DNA of 64,000 nucleotides from a bacterium (GTDB lineage Bacteria; UBA8248): NCBI GenBank assembly GCA_965207065.1, contig OZ242260.1, positions 608,001 to 672,000 of the forward strand, read 5' to 3'. Shown piece by piece: positions 57,005 to 64,000 of this stretch (position 1 is its first letter; each line of letters starts with the position of its first letter). The notes under the pieces were generated by a model. It saw only the letters and a program-made list of their open reading frames with translations, ran no database searches and was not told where the DNA came from. The position numbers and the translations under genes were made by a program.

Positions 57005-58018
57005 ATGACCGAGAACACAGAACGCCCCGTATTCGTCGTCAGTTCACCCCGTTCAGGCTCTACGCTTCTGAGGTTGATCCTGGACGCCCACCCGCGCCTG
57101 GCGGTGCCCCCGCCCGCATGGCTGACGCATTTCATCTATCCCTATCTGTTCAGCTACGGTGATTTATCGAACGAGGCCAATCTCGCCGAACTGATCGAAG
57201 ACTCCCTCGCCACTCCGACGATCCGCGCATGGCCCATCTCGCCTACGCAAGAGGAAGTGCGCGATGAGATGAAAGAGCCGACTTTTGCGGAGATGTACGC
57301 CGCCCTTCACAGGCTGTATGCGAAATCCGAGGGTAAAGAACGCTGGGGAGAGAAAACGCCCCGCGTCTGCTTCTACATGGAAGACCTGAAATCCATGTAC
57401 CCGGGCGCGCAGTTCGTCCACATCATCAGGGACGGCCGGGACGTCGCCATCGACATCGCGGATTCCGCCCTGTGGCCGAACAACCTTTACGCGACCGCAG
57501 GCGTTTGGCGCGACTTCGTCCGGACCGTGAACGACTCGGCGAAAAAGCTGGGGCCTGAATCCTTTTGCGTCGTCAGTTATGAGGAGCTCTGCGCCGATCC
57601 GGAACCCGTTCTGATGAAGCTTTGTGAATTCCTGGGCGAGGATTTCTCGCCCGCCATGCTCGCCCACCAGGAAACCGACTCGACGAAGCAATGGGCAGAA
57701 ACCCCGATACACGCCAAAACGGCCCGCCCCATCACGACGGATTTCGTCGAGATGTACAAGCATCGCCTGCCCGAGGCGGACGTGGGGGTTATCGAGAGCC
57801 TGATCGGCGAGACATTGGGCGAATTCGGCTACGCGCTCACGGGAGCGCCGGACGACCTTTCCACCTGCGAGAAGCGCCAACTGATCGAGAACGACACCAT
57901 CACCAACATCGCGTCCATCGAGTACAAGCGCTGGCATGACGGAAGAAGGAAAGAGCGGCTCGATCGGGGTGTTTGGAAGCAGGAAGACCGGGATTCCCTC
58001 CTTTGGGGTTTCCATTAA
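57005..58018 (+). CDS. PAPS-dependent sulfotransferase (paralog 2)
   Basis: 'SSPRSGSTL', 'LDAHPRLAVP', 'WGEKTP', 'HIIRDGRD'; same length as, and colinear with, the 44580 gene. Confidence 0.88.
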   Translation: MTENTERPVFVVSSPRSGSTLLRLILDAHPRLAVPPPAWLTHFIYPYLFSYGDLSNEANLAELIEDSLATPTIRAWPISPTQEEVRDEMKEPTFAEMYAALHRLYAKSEGKERWGEKTPRVCFYMEDLKSMYPGAQFVHIIRDGRDVAIDIADSALWPNNLYATAGVWRDFVRTVNDSAKKLGPESFCVVSYEELCADPEPVLMKLCEFLGEDFSPAMLAHQETDSTKQWAETPIHAKTARPITTDFVEMYKHRLPEADVGVIESLIGETLGEFGYALTGAPDDLSTCEKRQLIENDTITNIASIEYKRWHDGRRKERLDRGVWKQEDRDSLLWGFH

Positions 58019-58032
58019 AGGGAGCATCCGGC

Positions 58033-59196
58033 TTGTCCCCACAAAACGACCAGCAGGCGCATCCCTCACTCTTGGTCCCTGAGGAGGAAAGAGCGGCTTT
58101 AGAACGCGAGGCCGCCGATCTGCCCCACCTCTCTCTCAACGCCCGCCAGCTATGCGATCTCGAACTGCTGCTGAACGGCGGGTTCGCTCCCTTAAGTGGA
58201 TATCTATGCCGGAAAGACTACGACTGCGTTCTGGAATCCATGCGTCTTGAAAACGGGGCGTTGTGGCCCATCCCCATCGCCCTCGACGTTTCCGAGAAAG
58301 TGGCGAACGACATCGAAAAGAGTCCCCGGATCGCCCTGCGGGACCCACAAGGAACGCCGCTCGCCATATTGGACGCCGGAGACGTCTGGCGGGCCGATTT
58401 TGATCGAGAAGCGCAAGGCGTATTCGGCACCCTCGACCAGGCGCATCCAGGGGTTCGATATCTTTCCCGGGAAACAGGCCCCTTCTACTTTGGCGGCCGT
58501 CTGCGCGGCATCCGCCTGCCCCGGCACGCCGATTTCCCGGAATATCGCTGCACACCGGGAGAACTGCGCGCACAATTCCGTGCGATGGGATGGAAGCGGG
58601 TCGTCGCCTTCCAGACGCGCAACCCGCTGCACAGGGCGCACGTGGAGCTGACGACGCGGGCCGCTTCCGAGAACGGGGCGAAAATACTCCTGCATCCGGT
58701 AGCGGGAATGACGAAGCCGGGAGACGTCGATCATATCTGCCGGGTGCGCTGCTACGAACACGTTCTCGAGCATTATGCGCCTGATTCCGTCACCCTGGCG
58801 CTTCTGCCCCTGGCGATGCGGATGGCAGGCCCGAGAGAGGCTCTATGGCACGCGCTCATCCGGAAAAACTACGGCTGCACCCACTTCATCGTGGGCAGGG
58901 ATCATGCCGGCCCCGGCGTCGACGGCAGAGGCGAGCCGTTCTATGACCCGTACGCCGCCCAGGATCTGCTGAAAGCCCACCAGGCCGAATGCGGTATCGA
59001 AATGGTCCCGTTCCAGGAGATGGTCTATTCCCTCGATGAAGAAGGCTACCTGCCGATTGATGAGATTCCGGAGAACGGCCGCATCCTGCAGATATCCGGC
59101 ACGCGGTTGCGCGAGATGATGGCGAGTGGGGAGGAAATCCCCGAGTGGTTCACCTACCCGGAAGTCGCCGAGGAACTCAGGCGTTATTCTTCTTAA
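58033..59196 (+). CDS. sat: Sulfate adenylyltransferase (ATP sulfurylase)
   Basis: 'CDLELLLNGGFAPL', 'AFQTRNPLHRAH', 'MRMAGPREALWHA', 'HFIVGRDHAG', 'ISGT'; TTG start after AAGGGAG. Confidence 0.92.
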   Translation: MSPQNDQQAHPSLLVPEEERAALEREAADLPHLSLNARQLCDLELLLNGGFAPLSGYLCRKDYDCVLESMRLENGALWPIPIALDVSEKVANDIEKSPRIALRDPQGTPLAILDAGDVWRADFDREAQGVFGTLDQAHPGVRYLSRETGPFYFGGRLRGIRLPRHADFPEYRCTPGELRAQFRAMGWKRVVAFQTRNPLHRAHVELTTRAASENGAKILLHPVAGMTKPGDVDHICRVRCYEHVLEHYAPDSVTLALLPLAMRMAGPREALWHALIRKNYGCTHFIVGRDHAGPGVDGRGEPFYDPYAAQDLLKAHQAECGIEMVPFQEMVYSLDEEGYLPIDEIPENGRILQISGTRLREMMASGEEIPEWFTYPEVAEELRRYSS

Positions 59197-59344
59197 AAAA
59201 AAATCTGACCCGCTTCTCTTGTCGATGAGACCCATCCGGTTTACGAAATAGCGAAGATAATTTCCTGTCCATAAAGCGGCTGGAAACTCGAGATATTTTC
59301 CAGGCAATTTGCAATAATTTTATCCAGCGAAAGCCCGCAAAGAT

Positions 59345-60133
59345 TCAGACGATCGAATGGAATTTGCCGCCGTCGACGTTGATCGTCGCTCCCGTGATGT
59401 AGCTCGCGTGAACCGACGCCAGAAACACCGCCAGCCCCGCCACTTCTTCGGGAGTGCCGAATCGTCCGAGGGGAATTTGCGATTCACGCGCCCGCCGCAT
59501 TTCGTCTGTCGACATCCCGCGTTCTTGGGCGAGTTGCTCCGTCATCCAGTCCTGCATGGGCGTATCGATCTGCCCCAGACAGATCGTGTTCACCAGGATA
59601 CCGTCTTTGACCAGGGACTGGGAGAGACCCTTGCTCAGTCCCAGGAGTGCTGCGTTCGTCGTGCTTCCTCCCAGAACGCCGGGCAGTGGTTCCTTGCCGG
59701 TTCCTCCGATCATGTTGATGATCCGTCCCCCGCCTTGCTTTTTCATGAAATGCGCCGCCTCGCGCGAAATCACGAGATAACCGACGATCTTCGTGTCCAC
59801 GGTCTTCCGGATCTGCGCCGGAGTCAGCGAGGAGAGCGTACTCGGCGCCGCGCGGCCGGCGTTGTTCACGAGGATATCCAGTCGCCCGAAAGTCTCGACC
59901 ACGCGAGACGCAAGCCCGGACGCTTGCTCTTCCACGCCGATGTCCGCACGCAGCGAGAGACCCGCGCCGCCTTGTTCCTCCACCGCCTTATGTGCGGCGT
60001 CCAGGCGGGCTTGATCCCGGCCGCAGAAGGCGACCCTGGCGCCCTGGTCCGCCAGGGCCAAAACAGTCGCCTTTCCGATCCCGCTCGTCCCTCCGGTGAC
60101 GAGAGCAACCTTTCCCTCGAGATCCATGTCCAT
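59345..60133 (-). CDS. Short-chain dehydrogenase/reductase
   Basis: 'TGGTSGIG', 'LVNNAG', 'GRFGTPEEVA', 'YITG..INVDGG'; the YxxxK region is replaced by 'GSTTNAAL'. Confidence 0.88.
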   Translation of the reverse strand: MDMDLEGKVALVTGGTSGIGKATVLALADQGARVAFCGRDQARLDAAHKAVEEQGGAGLSLRADIGVEEQASGLASRVVETFGRLDILVNNAGRAAPSTLSSLTPAQIRKTVDTKIVGYLVISREAAHFMKKQGGGRIINMIGGTGKEPLPGVLGGSTTNAALLGLSKGLSQSLVKDGILVNTICLGQIDTPMQDWMTEQLAQERGMSTDEMRRARESQIPLGRFGTPEEVAGLAVFLASVHASYITGATINVDGGKFHSIV

Positions 60134-60290
60134 TGCCAATCCTCATCGCTGGTGAATGAACTATCGCTTTTCCCGATGTAAGATGCAGGGCGATTCTCTA
60201 TGAAAGCGCCCGGGTCGACATGCGGCGTCGGCCCCCTGGGGTGCGCTCCCAAGGGCGGGAGTCGATGCGGCGAAGAGCGCACAAAGCCCT

Positions 60291-61397
60291 CTATTCCAGA
60301 ACGATTTTCCCCATGCCGTCCTTCCGTGTGATCCGGGTGGCGAACTCTGCCGAGAGCCTCTCCACGAGGTCGATCACCCCTTCGGCTCTCTCCCCTTCGA
60401 CCAAGCCGGAATTACCTGCATCGTCAATCGAAGCGGGAACGAAGCCCAATTCAACTACCCCGTCCTTTTCGACCGTGAGTTCAAAGAGGGCCGTCTGCCT
60501 CGGCATGCGCTTTTTGATGAGTTCGGGCGTCATCACGCCGCCGTAGGAGAGTTCGGGGCTTCCGACATCGGGCAGTTCGTGGAAGATGAAATTCCCGATT
60601 CCGTAGAGGATCGGCTTTCCCTTGTAGATTTCGACCGCCTGAAGCGTGTGGGAGTGATGCCCGAGAACCACATCCGCGCCCGCGTCCACGAGCGCGCGGC
60701 CGACGCACGTCTGGTATTCCGCCAGATCGTAGCGGCTCGCCAGCCCCCAATGACCGGCGATGATCACGACCTCCGCCTCTTGTTTCGCCGCCGCCACGAC
60801 TTTCTGCATGCGCGTGATATCGGCCTGGAGCGGAAAAGTCTTCACCGGAGGGGGCGTGCCGGGTTGTTCCTGGGTTCTCGGGCTCGGCTCCAGGACGAAA
60901 GCGGAAAAGACATGGATGGGCGCGAGGCCCGGGCGCTCCTCACCAGCAGCGCAGCCGAGCGGAAGGGTGGAGGCATAACCCAAAAAAGCCACGCGGACCC
61001 CGGCCTTCTCGATGATGGCCGGCGCGTACGCTTCCTCCAGATTCCGGCCCGCTCCCACGCGCCGGACCCCCTTCTCGTCGAGAAGGGACAGGGTGTCGAA
61101 AAGCGCATCGTAGCCGTAGTCGAGCATGTGGTTGTTCGCGAGGGTGACGACGTCCACCCCCATTTCGTCCAACTCGTCGATCAGGGAAGGGTGGGAGCGC
61201 AGAAACGTGTATTTTTCGGCCGGATAGCCCCTTTCGGAATAAGGGCTCTCCAGGTTGATGAACGTCATGTCGGCCCTTGCCATACGTTCGAACAGGGCGC
61301 GCACGGGTTCCGCCCCCGGCTCTCCCGGACGAGGAAGCTTCTTGCCGATGAACACGTCCCCGGCCAACGCGATGGAAACCGTCCCTTCGTTGGACAT
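60291..61397 (-). CDS. CapA/PGA_cap-family metallophosphoesterase-like protein
   Basis: 'AGD', 'NLE', 'LANNHMLDYG', 'HWG', 'GHHSH', 'YGIGNF'. Confidence 0.85.
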   Translation of the reverse strand: MSNEGTVSIALAGDVFIGKKLPRPGEPGAEPVRALFERMARADMTFINLESPYSERGYPAEKYTFLRSHPSLIDELDEMGVDVVTLANNHMLDYGYDALFDTLSLLDEKGVRRVGAGRNLEEAYAPAIIEKAGVRVAFLGYASTLPLGCAAGEERPGLAPIHVFSAFVLEPSPRTQEQPGTPPPVKTFPLQADITRMQKVVAAAKQEAEVVIIAGHWGLASRYDLAEYQTCVGRALVDAGADVVLGHHSHTLQAVEIYKGKPILYGIGNFIFHELPDVGSPELSYGGVMTPELIKKRMPRQTALFELTVEKDGVVELGFVPASIDDAGNSGLVEGERAEGVIDLVERLSAEFATRITRKDGMGKIVLE

Positions 61398-61403
61398 TCC
61401 GTA

Positions 61404-62495
61404 TCACTCCTTCTGCATCGATGAGGCCGCCATTTCTCCGAGCCCGACCATGCCGCGGCCGCCTTCGAGCTCGATCACCGTTCCGTATTTCGCCGACATG
61501 TCGGACACTTCTCCCAGGCTCCGCGCCGCTTCCTTCTCTTCGGCGAGGCGCGGGTGTCCCGACGGGTCCAGAACGAGCGGCGCGAGCGCCAGTTCGCCCA
61601 CTCCATCGACCCCGAGACGGGCTTCCACCAGCAGTTCGTCTTTCGACATGAAATCGTACACGTTCCTGGACATACCTTCGGGAAGCTCGTGAAACAGGAA
61701 ATTGCTCACACCGTAGACAACCGGCGTGTTCCCGGCCATCTCCACCGGCTGAATGCAATGCGCGTGGTGGCCGACGATGAGGTCCGCGCCCGCTGCGGCG
61801 AGAGCGCCTCCGGCGTCGCGCTGGTAATCCATGAGGGCGCTCACGTTCGGCAACCCCCAGTGGGGCAGGACGACCACGATATCGGAGGAGTTTTTCGCCT
61901 CGCGCACCGCGTTCTGGAGGGTCCGGACGTCCTCGGGGGAGGCGAAAGTCATGGCGGGAGGCGGCGTGCCCGGCTGCTCCTGGGTCCGCGCGCTCGGCTC
62001 GACCACCCAGGCCGTGAAGACGTGCAGCGGGTTCACGCCCGGCCTGTCTTCTCCCGCCGCGCTTCCCAGGGGAAGCGTGGCCGCACACGCCAGAAAAGCC
62101 ACGCGGATGCCCCCCGCCTCGAGAACCAGCGGACGCGACGCTTCTTCGATGTTCCTGCCCGCCCCCACGAAGGGGATTCCTTCGCTTTCCAGAACTTCCA
62201 AGGTGTCCAGGAGGGCGTCCGGACCGTAGTCGAGCATGTGGTTGTTCGCTATCGTGACGCAATCGACGCCCAGGTGATGCAGATCTTTCGCGCGCTCCGG
62301 CGCCGCCCGCATGCGGACGATCTTCTCGGCCGGCGCGCCCCGCCGCGAAAGCGGCATCTCCAGAACGCACACCGAAAGATCCGCCGCCCGGAGCCTGTCG
62401 AGCACGGTTTCAAGGCGGGGTTCGTCCCGGGGGAGCGGGCGGTTGACCCAGAAGTCTCCCGCGACGGCCAACGTGATCGTATCGGCTGCGCTCAT
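61404..62495 (-). CDS. CapA/PGA_cap-family protein (tandem paralog)
   Basis: 'AGD', 'IANNHMLDYG', 'HWG', 'GHHAH', 'YGVSNF'; shares 'RTQEQPGTPP' with its neighbour. Confidence 0.85.
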   Translation of the reverse strand: MSAADTITLAVAGDFWVNRPLPRDEPRLETVLDRLRAADLSVCVLEMPLSRRGAPAEKIVRMRAAPERAKDLHHLGVDCVTIANNHMLDYGPDALLDTLEVLESEGIPFVGAGRNIEEASRPLVLEAGGIRVAFLACAATLPLGSAAGEDRPGVNPLHVFTAWVVEPSARTQEQPGTPPPAMTFASPEDVRTLQNAVREAKNSSDIVVVLPHWGLPNVSALMDYQRDAGGALAAAGADLIVGHHAHCIQPVEMAGNTPVVYGVSNFLFHELPEGMSRNVYDFMSKDELLVEARLGVDGVGELALAPLVLDPSGHPRLAEEKEAARSLGEVSDMSAKYGTVIELEGGRGMVGLGEMAASSMQKE

Positions 62496-63892
62496 CGCTT
62501 TTTACCCATCCGCAGGAACCGCCCGTCCGTGCGCCTGAGCCGGGCGATTCGCATGAGCGCCCGGTCTACCTGCTGCGGGCATGTGCCGATGTAGTTTTCC
62601 GGATTTGTGACCTCGTCGATTTCCTCGGCGGTGAGGTGTTTTCGCGCGAGCGGATCCGCGAGGAGGCACTCCTTGAGCGAGCGTCCCTCTTCCCTCGCCA
62701 GTTGGGCGGCGTCATGGCAGATGGTATGGGCTTCGACCTTTCGCTTCGTCTTCTGATACAGGCGCAGCATCACCGCCTCGGTCATGGTGAGCTCCCGTTG
62801 AAGCTCGAGATTGCGCCGCATCGCTTTCTTGTCGACGATGAGGCCGCCGTAGATATGTTTGGCCGCCGCGATAGCGGATGACGCCAAGCCGAAGCTCTCG
62901 GCGATACGCGAGAATTCCACGGCGTAGCGGCTCGCGTCGCGCTCGTGCTGCTGCTGGACATCCATCATGGCGAGCGCATTCGTCCGTGAAAGCTTGGCGA
63001 GTCCTTCCTGCCATTCACTCGTCTCGGGATTGCGTTTGTGTGGGAAGGTGCTGCTGCTGTGCTGGTGTTCGATGTCCCAGGGCTCCGCCACCTCGGCCAC
63101 TTCGGTACGCTGGAGGTCGCGGATATCCATCCCCGCTTCTCCCAGTGTTGAATTGATCAGCGCGAGAATGTTGAGCAATTCCGCAAAGCGGTCCGTCCGG
63201 TGATGCATGCTCATGTAGGGAACATGGAGCGACAGCCGCCTGGCCACCAGCGTTTCCATCCGCCGGGTGGTTTGAAGATCGCTCAGGTAGACGAAAGTGG
63301 ACTGAGCGCCGGTTCCGGAAGAGACGTTCGCGTAAAAAAGCCGCTTGCTGCACTCCTTCAGCCGCTCGACGTGATCCCGGAGCTCGCTGCTGAGAATCGC
63401 CATCTTCTGGCCGTATGTGACGGGAGAGGCCTGCTGCCCCTCCGTTCGACCGGCCATGACGGTGGCGCGATGACGCCGGGCCAGACGGACGAGGATGGAT
63501 TCGAGCGCTCGAAGCTCTTTGAGCAGGAGGACGTAAGACTCGCGTATCTGCAGCGTCAGCCCGCCATCCAGGATGTCCTGGGTCGTCGTTCCGAGATGGA
63601 AATATTCCCCTTCCGGTCCCGACACCTTCGCGAAAGCATGAACCAGCGAAACGATCCAGTGGCGCGCCTTCTCGAACTCGCGGTAGACGAGAAGGGGAGT
63701 GACCTTCTTCGCGTCGCAACCGCGCACGATGGCCCTGGACGCCCATTTCGGAATCATCTTCAGTTCCCCTTGCGACCAGGCGATGGCCGCTTCCACGTCG
63801 AGCCATTTCTGGACCATGTTCTCTTCCGTCCAGACAGCCCGCATCTCGGGCGTGGCGTAATAATCACGAAGCAACAGGCACTGATCTTTCAT
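62492..63892 (-). CDS. Adenylosuccinate lyase-like aspartase/fumarase superfamily enzyme (non-canonical)
   Basis: 'FHLGTTTQDILD', 'MAGRTEGQQA', signature 'SSSTFPHKRNP', 'HERD'. Confidence 0.8.
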   Translation of the reverse strand: MKDQCLLLRDYYATPEMRAVWTEENMVQKWLDVEAAIAWSQGELKMIPKWASRAIVRGCDAKKVTPLLVYREFEKARHWIVSLVHAFAKVSGPEGEYFHLGTTTQDILDGGLTLQIRESYVLLLKELRALESILVRLARRHRATVMAGRTEGQQASPVTYGQKMAILSSELRDHVERLKECSKRLFYANVSSGTGAQSTFVYLSDLQTTRRMETLVARRLSLHVPYMSMHHRTDRFAELLNILALINSTLGEAGMDIRDLQRTEVAEVAEPWDIEHQHSSSTFPHKRNPETSEWQEGLAKLSRTNALAMMDVQQQHERDASRYAVEFSRIAESFGLASSAIAAAKHIYGGLIVDKKAMRRNLELQRELTMTEAVMLRLYQKTKRKVEAHTICHDAAQLAREEGRSLKECLLADPLARKHLTAEEIDEVTNPENYIGTCPQQVDRALMRIARLRRTDGRFLRMGKKR

Positions 63893-64000
63893 TTCTTCTC
63901 CGTGTTCATCCGTTGTTTGGAGGAATGAATGGAATCAAAAGCTCAATCCAGCGATGGTTGCGCAAAACGGCCGCTGCCCGGCGGGACCACCACATCTCCG

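Noticed and set aside
60291-62495. Poly-gamma-glutamate capsule locus
   Set aside because: No capB/capC homologs, and the proteins lack membrane anchors.
62492-63892. purB assignment
   Set aside because: Catalytic His replaced by Glu, signature altered, and no purine gene context.

Overview
GC-rich bacterial chromosome segment with about 50 protein-coding genes. I recognised no rRNA, tRNA or CRISPR array. (1) 1-8.1 kb is the most unusual part, a candidate sterol uptake-and-remodelling island. Its left arm encodes an MMPL/RND transporter, a secreted TPR-like protein and a GPP34/GOLPH3-like ORF that runs off the window and is missing from the ORF track. Its right arm encodes an outer-membrane beta-barrel, a Neverland/KshA-like Rieske oxygenase and an ERG6-type sterol C-24 methyltransferase with altered active-site motifs. 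(2) 8.4-17 kb holds zur-znuCB/znuA with a clear Zur box, a candidate structured RNA, a YbdK ligase, integrase and OMP remnants around a secreted orphan, a DddK/DddW-like DMSP-lyase cupin, and rpmG-rpmB. (3) 17.7-34 kb is a long minus-strand run including an AddAB-like helicase/nuclease, a membrane cytochrome c pair, MEMO and catabolic enzymes. (4) 34-43 kb carries metabolic genes and an AAA/DUF4143 ATPase preceded by three 47-bp palindromes. (5) 43.4-59.2 kb is an organosulfur/sulfation region: ComA, two paralogous sulfotransferases, TTT and TAXI-TRAP transporters, DUF3604, a Cys-Ntn hydrolase and sat. (6) 59.3-63.9 kb is an operon of a non-canonical adenylosuccinate-lyase-family enzyme, two CapA-like metallophosphoesterases and an SDR. 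Several intergenic gaps carry a shared MITE/REP-like repeat family. The gene content suggests a marine, possibly sponge-associated, uncultured bacterium, but this is inference only. All family calls come from motif recognition by eye, not from database searches.
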